Source of the DNA: Nitrospiraceae bacterium
GTDB taxonomy: Bacteria > Nitrospirota > Nitrospiria > Nitrospirales > Nitrospiraceae
DNA: 64,000 bases
Assembly (NCBI GenBank): GCA_050246315.1
Contig: JBFWWG010000002.1
Span: forward strand, 364,811 to 428,810
Reading direction: 5' to 3'
The stretch's first letter is position 1, and the number at the start of each line of letters is the position of its first letter. This document shows, one piece after another, positions 49,776-59,699 of this stretch. The position numbers and the translations under genes were made by a program. Under the pieces are notes generated by a model. It ran no database searches and was not told the origin of the DNA. It saw nothing but the letters and a program-made list of their open reading frames with translations.

Positions 49776-50510
49776 TCAGTATCCGTCGTAGAGCATGTTG
49801 CGGCGATGTTCGAGCTCGGCCTGCTTTGACCCGCGCACGAAGAAGATACGGGGGATGATGAGGGAGACAGCGGTACTGAAGACGACGAACCAGCTCGACA
49901 GAAGGAGCACTTCGCGGACATTCAGGATCCACGTTTGCACCTCCAGGGCGGTAGCCTGATTCATCAGGACCCGCCACGCCGGCCACAACTGTTCGGACTT
50001 GGCATGCACCCAATCCGGCGTGAGTAAGCCGTGCAAGCCATGGAAGAGCAGAAATATCAGGATCACCTTCAGGATATTGAACATGACCATCGCGCTGTAA
50101 ATGCTGTCGATGGCTTGCCGGCACGCCTTCCCATAGTAGCAGTTGCCCAGATTGACCCCGATCATGACGTTGTAGCCCAATCCGTACGCCATCGCGATGA
50201 GGACGGAGAAGAGTTGATCAAATAGGTTCGGGGTGAGCGTTCCGAAGATCGGCACCATATTCGACAACACCCCCATACTCACCGGCACGAACAAGGCGCT
50301 GATCAAACCATCTGCCAGTGCCCCTTTCACGCCCACTTCAAAATACGCGATCCGCCGGTCCAGCAGAAGATAGTTCTCAGGAATCTCTCGCCCCGTCTTG
50401 ACGACCGTCGCGAGGATCTGAATCTCGGAGATCGCCTCGATGAGGCTCCGGGGCTTGGCCCTGGCCATGCCCTCTGCAAACAATGGCCCCGGACGTCCCC
50501 CTTTCTCCAT
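49776..50510 (-). CDS. Multi-pass membrane protein at the end of the transfer operon
   Basis: About four hydrophobic segments; co-oriented and tightly spaced with upstream genes. Confidence 0.65.
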   Translation of the reverse strand: MEKGGRPGPLFAEGMARAKPRSLIEAISEIQILATVVKTGREIPENYLLLDRRIAYFEVGVKGALADGLISALFVPVSMGVLSNMVPIFGTLTPNLFDQLFSVLIAMAYGLGYNVMIGVNLGNCYYGKACRQAIDSIYSAMVMFNILKVILIFLLFHGLHGLLTPDWVHAKSEQLWPAWRVLMNQATALEVQTWILNVREVLLLSSWFVVFSTAVSLIIPRIFFVRGSKQAELEHRRNMLYDGY

Positions 50511-50513
50511 GGC

Positions 50514-50765
50514 TCACCCCCCGCCGAAAAATCGTGTGACCGAAGTCACATAGGCGAGCAGGATCGTCAGCGCATAGAAGAAGATCCCGATTGCCAGCCG
50601 CTGTTTGTAGGCTCCGTACCAGAACGCGAACCCGAGGCACGTCACTGCCAGCACCCGAGCGACCACACCCTGGAACAAGGTCACGAAGATCCAGTCCCAC
50701 CAGGCCAGATATTCTTCCAGCGTCATGTAGGAGAGCGGGTTCAGATAATCGATGAGATTCTCCAT
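50514..50765 (-). CDS. Small two-TM protein, possibly TrbC/VirB2 pilin-like
   Basis: 83 aa; QGVVARVLAV followed by two hydrophobic helices; transfer-gene context. Confidence 0.45.
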   Translation of the reverse strand: MENLIDYLNPLSYMTLEEYLAWWDWIFVTLFQGVVARVLAVTCLGFAFWYGAYKQRLAIGIFFYALTILLAYVTSVTRFFGGG

Positions 50766-50780
50766 GACCTGCGGGTGCTC

Positions 50781-52118
50781 CTAGGAGATCGCTCGCAGCT
50801 CGACAACGATTTGGAGGATCCCGGACTTGCGGGCCTCAAGGTCCGATGCCGGCACATTGAAGACTTCGAGCTTGATCGGGACGAAATAATTTCGAGGTGG
50901 GAGCGTATTTCTCCGTCTCGGATTGTTCATGATGATCTGATAGCTCCGCCCATAGAATCCCTCCCCGATCGGTACTGCAAGGACGTCAGCACGTCGTACA
51001 TCATCGACGATGCGACGCAATGCCTTCTCGCGATCGGAAAGCCGGATCAAAGACAGATCGACCACCTTGCGCTCCGTGGACAAGCGCCGAGCCGCGTCGA
51101 GGAGTAGGTCGGGATGCACGTAGACTGTATCCTTTATGGAGATGGCGGACCACCTCCCGCCCCGCTGGAGTTGGTTGATCTTCGGTTCCATCAGTTCAAG
51201 CAGGCAGGGAACCGAGAACCAGCTTTCCCACGGCTGCACTTTCAATTCCTTGGAGAAGGCTGCCACTTCCAATTCTCGCGCCCGTCCATCGGCTTGCCGC
51301 AGCAGGGCGTCGAACTGGCCTTTGCTCGCACGATGATGACCTCGGATCGCATCCAACGACTCCTTCAGCCACGGAAGGTCAGAGCCTGCAAAGAGTTCCT
51401 GCACCTTCATCGCGCTCACGGCGGGATGGTCACCCATCGTGTAGATCCCACTTGCGCGGAACACCGGAATCTTTCCCAGATCATGGCCCAGAGCGGCCAC
51501 CAGCATCTTCGGGACCAGCGGTTCGTAGTCGCGATACGTTTCCTTGAGACTCTTCATCGCCATTAGTGTGACGCGATGGGTGTGCTCCTTCAGCGTCACT
51601 TTCGCCAATGTGTCGCGGATACTGTACAGATCGCTGTGTTCCTCATCCTTCTCCGGCGCAGTGACAACGACTGACGGACAGTGCCCGTACTGCTCCAGCA
51701 CCTTCACCATTTCCATGAGGGGCACCCACACACGCTGTGCCTCGAGAATGGCCTGATGCGGCGCCAGCAGATCCCGCACCAAGGCGGAGGACTGAAGGGC
51801 TTCCGGTCGGAGAGGCTGGCTCACAGGTCGGGATTGATCCGGAGGCATGTCGGAAGAGGCGTCCTCCTTCGATTCAGGAGTATCACCATCCAGAGCCACG
51901 TCCGATTCGGTCTCCATCGCGTGATCGTTCGCCTGCCCCTCCTCCGGCTGGACCTCAATCCTCATGAAATCGACGTTCAAAGGTAGCCACAGGTCCTTGG
52001 CGAGCTCGGACAAATCGATTTCAATCGGGTCAGGCCCATGAGGATACGGCGGCGCCAAGCTGACTGATTGCTTCCATCCCAATCGGGTTACCACCGCACT
52101 CAGCCATCGCTTGACCAT
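50781..52118 (-). CDS. HD-domain protein, possible MOBH/TraI_2-type relaxase
   Basis: LKEHT..AALGHDLGK..DH..IRGHH..QAD metal-binding motifs, in a transfer operon. Confidence 0.65.
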   Translation of the reverse strand: MVKRWLSAVVTRLGWKQSVSLAPPYPHGPDPIEIDLSELAKDLWLPLNVDFMRIEVQPEEGQANDHAMETESDVALDGDTPESKEDASSDMPPDQSRPVSQPLRPEALQSSALVRDLLAPHQAILEAQRVWVPLMEMVKVLEQYGHCPSVVVTAPEKDEEHSDLYSIRDTLAKVTLKEHTHRVTLMAMKSLKETYRDYEPLVPKMLVAALGHDLGKIPVFRASGIYTMGDHPAVSAMKVQELFAGSDLPWLKESLDAIRGHHRASKGQFDALLRQADGRARELEVAAFSKELKVQPWESWFSVPCLLELMEPKINQLQRGGRWSAISIKDTVYVHPDLLLDAARRLSTERKVVDLSLIRLSDREKALRRIVDDVRRADVLAVPIGEGFYGRSYQIIMNNPRRRNTLPPRNYFVPIKLEVFNVPASDLEARKSGILQIVVELRAIS

Positions 52119-52121
52119 GGG

Positions 52122-52580
52122 CTAGGCCCATTGTTCAGGCAACGGAACAGGTTCAATCGCGCGTCGCGTCACGCGGACGGGAATCGCTCGCCCGAACAGG
52201 GCCACGTCCACCACCCCCTGTTCCCCGTCCCACACTCGCAAGAACCCGATCACCGGCGCACTCACCCAATGAGCAATGCGCACGAGGTCTCCTGGAGCGA
52301 ACGATCCCTCACGAGGACGGGCTGGTGCGGCCAACGCCCCCACATCGCACAGATCCTCGATCGGCAGCACTCTCTTGACACCAGGAAACTTCGATACCGC
52401 CTCAATCTTTGTCCGATCCAACTGGCACACCACATAGCCCTTCACGAGCTCAGTCATCCGTGCGGTATCAAGTCGCTGTAGGTATCGCATCACCCGATTC
52501 TCATGGCCTGGAACGACCTCAATCCCGACGACCTTCACTTCCGCGTCTTCCACCGACCCGCCTCGACAGCCGCCAGTCAC
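52122..52580 (-). CDS. nusG: NusG paralog (compact NGN plus KOW)
   Basis: VVPGHENRV, KGYVVC and FPGVKRVL in the NGN; FAPGDLVRI..VDVALFGRAIPV in the KOW. Confidence 0.75.
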   Translation of the reverse strand: MTGGCRGGSVEDAEVKVVGIEVVPGHENRVMRYLQRLDTARMTELVKGYVVCQLDRTKIEAVSKFPGVKRVLPIEDLCDVGALAAPARPREGSFAPGDLVRIAHWVSAPVIGFLRVWDGEQGVVDVALFGRAIPVRVTRRAIEPVPLPEQWA

Positions 52581-52734
52581 TGTTCAACCATTCAAGCTCA
52601 TGTCCGGCCGTCTATAGACTGTTCTCCTACGACCCGCTTAGATTGGCCGGCCTCCCGGACACAGGTGCGATCATGCGCTGGAGCTGGTCAAACCCGTCCG
52701 GCAAGTGCAGAAGCAAGACCGGCCTGATCGCAGG

Positions 52735-53289
52735 TCATCGGCGTGTCTTCCTCACCTTGTCCAGATGAACAAGCGCGCGATAGATCTTCCACACGTACTG
52801 AGTCAGCTGCTTCGAGCCGTTGTACCGTCCGATCGCCACCCAGGTGTTTCCAAACAGATCGAGCTTCTGCCGGAGCACGAAGGCGGCCCACTGCAAATTG
52901 ACACAGGGATCCAGAAGATAAACGGGATGCACGCGATACTGTTCCAGATTGCGACTGTTGATCTGCCCCAGTCCTACATCAAAATTGGCCCCCTGCTGCC
53001 ATAAGCGACTGACCAGCTCCGCTGCTGTTGTATAAGACAGTCTGCCGCGAGACTCGCCCACGCCTTGGCGATTGACCCCGACCGCAAGGGGATTCCCATC
53101 GCTCTCCACGTGCACGATAGCCTCGAGAAGAACAGGCGAGACGTGGTATCGCTGCGCGGCCTCCTGAATGCAGCGATGGTTCACGTACCAGTAGGTGTCC
53201 CGACCGAGGCGTGATCCGCCGATTGCCTCGGCTCCTATTGGAACCAGCGCGATGACCAGGAGCGCACCAACCAGAACTATGTGCACCAT
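52735..53289 (-). CDS. Lytic transglycosylase (VirB1/SLT-like)
   Basis: Signal peptide; AIVHVES, DVGLGQINS, DPCVNL and AIGRYNG motifs. Confidence 0.9.
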   Translation of the reverse strand: MVHIVLVGALLVIALVPIGAEAIGGSRLGRDTYWYVNHRCIQEAAQRYHVSPVLLEAIVHVESDGNPLAVGVNRQGVGESRGRLSYTTAAELVSRLWQQGANFDVGLGQINSRNLEQYRVHPVYLLDPCVNLQWAAFVLRQKLDLFGNTWVAIGRYNGSKQLTQYVWKIYRALVHLDKVRKTRR

Positions 53290-53307
53290 GCCGTTCGGGC
53301 CTCTGCA

Positions 53308-55263
53308 CTAACACTTTCCGCTGTAGGCGCAGATCTTCGCATTCATGTCGGAGGCCACAGCCGCAGGATCGATATTCGCGTTGACGTGCACGTACCACTC
53401 CGTGAAATCCATGGCGGCAAAATTCAACGAGGAGAATTGCGCGATGCTGAACCCGCTGCAGTCAGGCGCGTCGGCAGAACCCCAGGGCCAACCGATTTGC
53501 GCGCGGCCTTGTTCCTGGACAATGCGGGCCAATTCCGACTTGAAATCACAGTACACCTGCTCCTTCCTGGTACAGACCTTCGCGAATCCAAAACTGACCC
53601 ACTCCACACAGCGAGTCCCCACGTAGTGCGCCTTGTACAGCTGCCGGTCCTTCGCCAACTGGACTTCCTCGTCCGAGCAGCTGCCCAGTAATCTCGTCGG
53701 ATCGCTGGCATCGCAGCAGTCGATGATCGGCCGAATGATCGGGTTGTAATCACAGGCCATCCGTGTTCCGTTGAACACGCGAAGGTTGGTGGTATCCCAA
53801 TCGTTCTCGACATCTTTGACCAACTGCAGATAGGTGGCAGAGAGGGCGAGATACTGGTTGGGAGGGGTTGACGTATCGACACAGAATGGAACGTAGCTTC
53901 CGGGAACACCGCATTGGTTGCACTGGGCCATCGTCACCGTCCGACTGCAGGTAGGAGTGGACGCGCAGGAGAAGGTATTCTCATAGACCTGGCACCGACC
54001 GAAGCTGTCAGGAACACAAGTGGAGCTGATCTGGCTGCAACCCTTCTCCAGGAGAGGTTGACAAGTGTCCGGAGAAGACGAGCTGGTCATCCACTGTTCC
54101 TGCTCCCTCCAGCAGGCAATATCTGTGATCGTAAAGACCGTTCCGTCTGAACTCGTGATCTGACGAGCGGCGGAGTCTAGACAACGGGAAGACTCGAACA
54201 CCCAGGACGACCTCAAGGGGGCACAACTATCAGTGATCACGTCCTTTCGAACCTGCACGTCATAGGCGAGGGTCATCTGTATGCCACCGGATTGCGCTCC
54301 GCCCGCAGGGCAGAGGGCGAGCAGAGCAGACTGTCCGGGACCAAGGGTCGCACTTCCAAACCCCGTGCAGCCACCGTTCTGCCAGCCGCTGATGGAGGCA
54401 GAGAACGATTCTGTGAGGATCGTCTCACCGGAGCCTAAGGACGCGGCGTAATTGAACGTGCCCAGCACATGCCAGCCTCCTCCATGCCCACAGTTCTTAT
54501 GCCAGATTCCTTCCGGGCCCATGTCCAAGTATTCAACCGAGTAGCTGCCGGGACCAATTTGGCGGACTTGGGCATAGAGGTAGTGATCACTGCACCAGCC
54601 GGCAGGACCAAAACTGCCGGTCTGGGTCTTGTGCGTGATCGAGACAAAGGTATTCACCTCACACACGGCCGTTTCCACACCGGGACTTTGGCAGCTCTGA
54701 ACTGATTCAGGTCCAGCCGTGTATTCCACACAGGTCGGGACGTCCACGCAGGTCCCGCTGAGTCCGGGTGACGGGGTGATGCTGGAGGCCACCGCCTCGG
54801 CGGTCTTGACCGGAGCGGTCGTGCTCACATCCCATCCGTCCTTTGATGATTTCTGGTCCTGCAGCGTCGAATAAGTCGGATCCGTCACCGTCGCGTTGGT
54901 TGCATCCGCATTGAGCGGGGCGATATCCCCGCTGTTGCTGAAATACCCCTCCTGCGGCGCTCCCGAACAGCCGGAGCTCGTACAGCCGGTAGCGCCGCCG
55001 TACTGAGGTGTCTTCGTCATATTCGGCGCCAAGTTTCCAGTGCTGACCGAACCAGCGCCTTGCATTTCGCCCAACACACATTGAGCCCGTGTATAGGCAT
55101 CGGCGATGCTGTCGCATGGCCCCACCCCCGTGGCCGGAGTCACCAAGGCCATCACGCAGCTTGCGGACAGCGCCGCCCCAACCATGACCGATCTTGACCG
55201 GCTGAGCGGTACGGCAGGCAATGATGATCTGCCCGAGACGAATTGGAATGGCAGGCGCTGCAT
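53308..55263 (-). CDS. traN: Mating-pair stabilisation protein TraN
   Basis: Cys-rich; C-terminal YCDFKSELARIVQEQGRAQIG.WG....PDCSGFS..QFS.LNF..MDFTEW signature. Confidence 0.9.
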   Translation of the reverse strand: MQRLPFQFVSGRSSLPAVPLSRSRSVMVGAALSASCVMALVTPATGVGPCDSIADAYTRAQCVLGEMQGAGSVSTGNLAPNMTKTPQYGGATGCTSSGCSGAPQEGYFSNSGDIAPLNADATNATVTDPTYSTLQDQKSSKDGWDVSTTAPVKTAEAVASSITPSPGLSGTCVDVPTCVEYTAGPESVQSCQSPGVETAVCEVNTFVSITHKTQTGSFGPAGWCSDHYLYAQVRQIGPGSYSVEYLDMGPEGIWHKNCGHGGGWHVLGTFNYAASLGSGETILTESFSASISGWQNGGCTGFGSATLGPGQSALLALCPAGGAQSGGIQMTLAYDVQVRKDVITDSCAPLRSSWVFESSRCLDSAARQITSSDGTVFTITDIACWREQEQWMTSSSSPDTCQPLLEKGCSQISSTCVPDSFGRCQVYENTFSCASTPTCSRTVTMAQCNQCGVPGSYVPFCVDTSTPPNQYLALSATYLQLVKDVENDWDTTNLRVFNGTRMACDYNPIIRPIIDCCDASDPTRLLGSCSDEEVQLAKDRQLYKAHYVGTRCVEWVSFGFAKVCTRKEQVYCDFKSELARIVQEQGRAQIGWPWGSADAPDCSGFSIAQFSSLNFAAMDFTEWYVHVNANIDPAAVASDMNAKICAYSGKC

Positions 55264-55274
55264 CGAGCCCTTCC

Positions 55275-55757
55275 TTAGCTTCTCAGAATCGGTATCGTCG
55301 GCCGCACGGCCGCTCGCGCGGAACTCGCCGTCATCTCGCTCACGACTCGTTTGGACTCCTCCGACAACGGAAGCACACCGTCTCTTGCCTCACACTCACC
55401 CACTTCTCGCCTGATAAATCGTACGGCCGTTCCAAATCCCAAGACCTGGGTCATGGCCATCCCTTTGAACGGGACCGGTGAGACTTCCACCACCACCCCG
55501 ATCACCGCATCGGCACCGAGCTCCCACGCCTGGTCCTGCAGACCATCGAATACCTTCTCCATGGCCTTGCGAGCCGGCTTATCGTACGTGCTCACCCGGC
55601 CACCCAAGATGTCCATAATCCGCGCGATATAGTCGCGAAACGTTCCCAATCCCACCGTGAGGATCTCCACCACCAGCCCTAACGATTCGACCTCGCGGCC
55701 TAGATAACTCTGCGTACTGAGGAACTCGATGTCCTTCTTATCTCGCTTTGCCATCAC
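55275..55757 (-). CDS. YbjQ/UPF0145-family protein
   Basis: DILGGR...Y, ELGADAVIGV and FGTAVR motifs. Confidence 0.85.
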   Translation of the reverse strand: MMAKRDKKDIEFLSTQSYLGREVESLGLVVEILTVGLGTFRDYIARIMDILGGRVSTYDKPARKAMEKVFDGLQDQAWELGADAVIGVVVEVSPVPFKGMAMTQVLGFGTAVRFIRREVGECEARDGVLPLSEESKRVVSEMTASSARAAVRPTIPILRS

Positions 55758-56781
55758 CGTTCTTCTCCCCTTTTTCCGGGACGGTGCTGTCGGCAGCCGG
55801 CTGAGGCGAGAAGGTCAGTGTCCCAGGTGGCGGTGCGGCAAGAGGCTCCGCTGGAGGACCAATCCGTGAGCCAGACCCATCAGTCGGAATAGACATCCCT
55901 TTCGCCGCAGTGCCGTCTTTCGGACCCACAACCGCCTGGGCGGCCGCTTTCCTCTCTTGTTCGCTTTTCTCGATCCCCTGATCTCGGACGGCACTCGCGG
56001 TTGTTTCCGTAGGAGAGCGCGGCCCCTTGCCATCGACAGTTCCCTGAGCAATCTTGGACGCCGGTGTGATCGGACCGGTCTTGACGGGCGCAGCGGATTT
56101 CCCGGCTCCTCTCCCGACGACCGACGGGTCGGCCTTTACTCCAAGTTGCCGCATCGCCTGTTCCACGGCGGGAGACTCGGTGTTCTTGCCCTTTTTGAGT
56201 TCATCCCCGGTGTCAGACCCAGCCGTGGTGTTAGGGCCCGCCTTCGAGACAGTTTCCTGTGGCGCATTCCCGGCCCTATCCTCTCCGTCCTTCACGCCGG
56301 CCTCCTTGCGCAGCTCCGGGGCTCTGGCTTTGGGATCACGCGAGGCCACCGGTTTCAGCCGGACCATCAGGGCGCCCATCCTGGCGATCAAGGACTCGAC
56401 CCGATTCGTGAGCATCACATTCGTCTCGGCTAGCAGGCTGAGCTGATCCAGCACCTTGCCGAACTTCTGATCCAGCGCAGAGACCCGCGTCTCCTGCGAT
56501 GCCAGCTTGCCTGTGAGCAGTCTGGCGTCATCGCGAGCACGTGCGACTTCTGTCTTGGTCTGGTCCTGTTGCAGCCGCAGCGTGCCCTGCTCCTTGCTCA
56601 CGTTCGAGTAGGCCCGATGAACCGCATCCACGCGCTGCTGCAAATCGTCTTTTTCCGTTTCCCACTCTGTTTTCACTTCCTTGAGATGCTCGTACTGATT
56701 CTGGACGCGCTCATACTCCCCACTGCTCACGCATCCGACCAGCAGCATCGGAATGACACTCCAGATCCATTGACGCATCAT
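55738..56781 (-). CDS. Coiled-coil lipoprotein with a disordered tail
   Basis: Lipobox LVGC, heptad region and P/A/G/K-rich tail. Confidence 0.7.
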   Translation of the reverse strand: MMRQWIWSVIPMLLVGCVSSGEYERVQNQYEHLKEVKTEWETEKDDLQQRVDAVHRAYSNVSKEQGTLRLQQDQTKTEVARARDDARLLTGKLASQETRVSALDQKFGKVLDQLSLLAETNVMLTNRVESLIARMGALMVRLKPVASRDPKARAPELRKEAGVKDGEDRAGNAPQETVSKAGPNTTAGSDTGDELKKGKNTESPAVEQAMRQLGVKADPSVVGRGAGKSAAPVKTGPITPASKIAQGTVDGKGPRSPTETTASAVRDQGIEKSEQERKAAAQAVVGPKDGTAAKGMSIPTDGSGSRIGPPAEPLAAPPPGTLTFSPQPAADSTVPEKGEKNGDGKAR

Positions 56782-56836
56782 GCCTTCCTCCCCCTTCTTC
56801 ACCATCACATGGTCTCGATGTTGACTCCTGTCCGGC

Positions 56837-57574
56837 TCACGTCGTCGCCCGAGGAGGAACAGGTCCTCCCGCAGTTGCGGGCGTCTGAGCGTCTGGGTTC
56901 GGACGCTCACGAAACACGTCCTCCGCTTCGCGTGGCGTGCGATAGGGCAGTTCCACCAGTGCGCAGAACTCAGCGATCAATTCGTGGAGGCGCCTGATCA
57001 GTTCGTGAATCTTCGTGAACAGATGCTCCGCCTGCGCCAAATCGTCGCAACTCATGCGTGTATGCAGAATCACCCCATCCAGCTTCTCCGCCACCCGCGA
57101 CACCTTCTTCGTTTCTTCTGATCGCGGGGTGATCACTCGCGCATTCCGTTGTCCGGCAAGGGTGAGCCGATACTGATAGTTCAGGGCCGGCGCCGGTCCG
57201 AAATCCTGCTCACTGACCCCCATCGCCTTTAACAACTCCTGTCCCCTGCTCACCCACTCATGGATACGATCCAGCTGCCCCTGCACTTCACTGACGGAGA
57301 GGGAATGCCCCGCGCTGAGCCGGAGCCGATTGACGGCCTTATCCAAAGGAAACAGCATCCCCACGATGACCCTCCCCTCAGGCGTGCGAGGCAGGAGCAA
57401 CAGGCTCTGGGGATCTTGCAGCCGTTCGCGGTTGTGCTCGGCCCGTTCCTCCGGGCTGGGCCGTCCGCGCATCGGGCGTCTTCCCTGACCAGCGAGACCT
57501 GCCCGCCCATTCGGCTCCCGCTCTTCCTTCCTCGACGAACCTGGTTGTCCATTTTGTTGTATTGCCGTTGCCAT
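56837..57574 (-). CDS. Hypothetical protein, possibly an AcaB/DUF1845-like conjugation regulator
   Basis: GAGGAGG RBS; internal duplication (LLPRTPEGRV..LDKAV and ITPRSEETKK..LDGVI). Family call is tentative. Confidence 0.45.
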   Translation of the reverse strand: MATAIQQNGQPGSSRKEEREPNGRAGLAGQGRRPMRGRPSPEERAEHNRERLQDPQSLLLLPRTPEGRVIVGMLFPLDKAVNRLRLSAGHSLSVSEVQGQLDRIHEWVSRGQELLKAMGVSEQDFGPAPALNYQYRLTLAGQRNARVITPRSEETKKVSRVAEKLDGVILHTRMSCDDLAQAEHLFTKIHELIRRLHELIAEFCALVELPYRTPREAEDVFRERPNPDAQTPATAGGPVPPRATT

Positions 57575-57601
57575 AAGAATCCTCCTCTCCCGGACCGACT
57601 G

Positions 57602-58228
57602 TTACGGTTCTGTCCTCAGCTCGATCGCCATCGACGTCAGCTTGCTCGCGAGCGCGACGTTCATGCCGCCCTTGCCCAGGAAGTATCCTTTGCACTCGGC
57701 CGGCACCAGGACCCGCGCCATCTGCTCCTCCCTGAACACATCGATCCTTCGGATGCGATCCACCGGTGCCGGTGCCAGCGCATTGCGAATGAATCGGCCC
57801 AGGTCCGTCGAGTACCGGACAAACGACACCATCAGTCGGGTATAGCTGGCGTAGCTCTGACGGTAAGGCACACACAACTTCACCGGATCCACTCCCTCTT
57901 CGCTCTCCACGGCGATTTTGACAAACGGCGAGCCGAGGCCCGTGGCGACCCGACGTATCCGGACTTCACCAGCCTCCAACACAGGACGGAGGATGGATTC
58001 CGAAATACGGCGGATGTAATGGGGACAGCGCTGGGACAGGACCGGATACATCTCACCCAGCCGGTACACCGCTGCTGAGATCGTGTCCTTGACCCGATAG
58101 GGCCGGTCAGCATACTGCTTCGGAAGCACGGCGAAAGGCTGCGTGCCGTTGATCAGGATGAGGTAACTGTCCCGATCCGGTAAGGCCTTCACAACCCGAC
58201 CCAGCACGAAGTCCCCGATCTTCTCCAT
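57602..58228 (-). CDS. nusA: NusA paralog (S1-KH-KH only, no N-terminal domain)
   Basis: S1-like GRVVK..FAVLPK..VLSQ; KH1 VRIRRVA..VKIAVES..VDPVKLCV; FIRNALAPA; KH2 FLGKGGMNVALASKLT. Confidence 0.82.
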   Translation of the reverse strand: MEKIGDFVLGRVVKALPDRDSYLILINGTQPFAVLPKQYADRPYRVKDTISAAVYRLGEMYPVLSQRCPHYIRRISESILRPVLEAGEVRIRRVATGLGSPFVKIAVESEEGVDPVKLCVPYRQSYASYTRLMVSFVRYSTDLGRFIRNALAPAPVDRIRRIDVFREEQMARVLVPAECKGYFLGKGGMNVALASKLTSMAIELRTEP

Positions 58229-58403
58229 CGAGCCAGTTTCCTTCCCCAACCCCTGTATTACTCCCGCCGCTCGCGGGGACTTTCCTCACCACGATGCACC
58301 CCTGCCTGCCCACGGACCCTTCGGCGCTGGCTTGCGTTGCACATCCATTCCTGTATTAGTTCTGGAGGAAGCAACGCATCGTCGGGTTGCGATCGAGGCA
58401 CCA

Positions 58404-59699
58404 ATGGGTCCTCAAAATCAGGTTTCCACTGAGCAACTACGGGTCCTCCAGACATTATTCCCCTGGTTGGCGTTCATTCCGCTGGTGCTGACGCACTGCG
58501 GGCCGATTGAAACACCCGTCAGCCTCGACCACGTTCATCAGGTGCCGGTCATTCACCACACTGAGCCTCTAGGCCCTCCGGAACTCCGGATCTCCGCGCA
58601 TACGGATGGCCTTGGGTGGTCCGTCCAGCCGGTTCAACGGATCCGACGGTATGTCGATGTGACGCAGCAGGAAACGTGGAAAACCAGGGTCTATCCGGCT
58701 GCGAAAACCTGGAGAATTCCAAAATTCGTGGCAGGATGGGTCACATGTCCGACGTGGGGAATTTTAGGGATGACGGGACTCGCCTTCGCTGAACCCGGCG
58801 CCCCGATGTGGCGCCGATCGGCCCTCTATGAACCTTGCTCGCTGGCCAGCGGGGGTGAGGCCTACTCCTCCGAATCAACGATGATGCGAACCGATGTCAC
58901 GCTGGATCGCCGGATTGAAGAGGAGGATCAGCACGTGACGACTGGTTCTCTTGCGCTCGTGTGGCAACTCCCTGGCAAGGATCCTCTCGGCATCGACATT
59001 CCTCTGAGCCCGGAGCAGACCACAATCATGTTCCGGGCTCGCTGGATCGCAGACCTGCTTATTCGGCAGGGCATCGAGATCACCGATCAGCTTTCCGGCC
59101 ACGCAGAGGTTCAGCTACAGCAACCAGGAGCCCCTCTCATCTCTCATCCGATCCCGTTGACCACCGTGATGCTCCGCGCCGCAATCGAGCAGGAAGCGGC
59201 ACGCGCTCCCGCAGGCCGGTGGCCATCGGCGATCAGAATCCGAACCGTCGTGGAAACTGATGGAAAGGGTGCTGCTCCTGAAACGCGCGCGCTCGCAACG
59301 CATCTGCTACGACACCTTGCTCGGTCGGGTCTGGCTGTCGTCGTGCGCGACGAGCTTCTCGCCGAATCCGAAGACCTCCTGACGGCTCAACAACAAGGCC
59401 GCTATAGGGACTCGGCGCGGAACGGAATCGGGCAATGGTCTGGCGCAACCCTTCTCGTTCACGTGTCTGCCCGGAATCTCCACGAGCAGGGCTACCTCGC
59501 TACGACGAGCATCGCTTCCATCGAGACCGGCGAGGTTCTCGCTCATCTCCTCGTGGAAGCCCCGCCCGGACAGTGGGCCGAGTTTCTCGACACCATGAGC
59601 GCCCGGATCCTCGACATCGTGATGCCCGCAGGTCGCCCACAGGGGGATATCGCGCGCCACAATCATGCGAGGCGTGAGGGATGGCTCATCACACAATGA
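58404..59699 (+). CDS. Putative lipoprotein with a CsgG-like C-terminal domain (paralog 1)
   Basis: LTHC lipobox-like motif; VVVRDEL..IGQWSGATLLV..IETGEVL. Confidence 0.6.
   Translation: MGPQNQVSTEQLRVLQTLFPWLAFIPLVLTHCGPIETPVSLDHVHQVPVIHHTEPLGPPELRISAHTDGLGWSVQPVQRIRRYVDVTQQETWKTRVYPAAKTWRIPKFVAGWVTCPTWGILGMTGLAFAEPGAPMWRRSALYEPCSLASGGEAYSSESTMMRTDVTLDRRIEEEDQHVTTGSLALVWQLPGKDPLGIDIPLSPEQTTIMFRARWIADLLIRQGIEITDQLSGHAEVQLQQPGAPLISHPIPLTTVMLRAAIEQEAARAPAGRWPSAIRIRTVVETDGKGAAPETRALATHLLRHLARSGLAVVVRDELLAESEDLLTAQQQGRYRDSARNGIGQWSGATLLVHVSARNLHEQGYLATTSIASIETGEVLAHLLVEAPPGQWAEFLDTMSARILDIVMPAGRPQGDIARHNHARREGWLITQ

Noticed and set aside
57602..58228. Housekeeping nusA locus marking a return to core chromosome
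   Set aside because: It lacks the NTD, has no rimP/infB neighbours, and lies among transfer genes.
58263..58279. CCCGC/GCGGG hairpin followed by AG on the minus strand, upstream of the nusA paralog
   Set aside because: It has a 5-nt loop and lacks the preceding G and the CAG junction, so it was not counted with the eight-copy motif.
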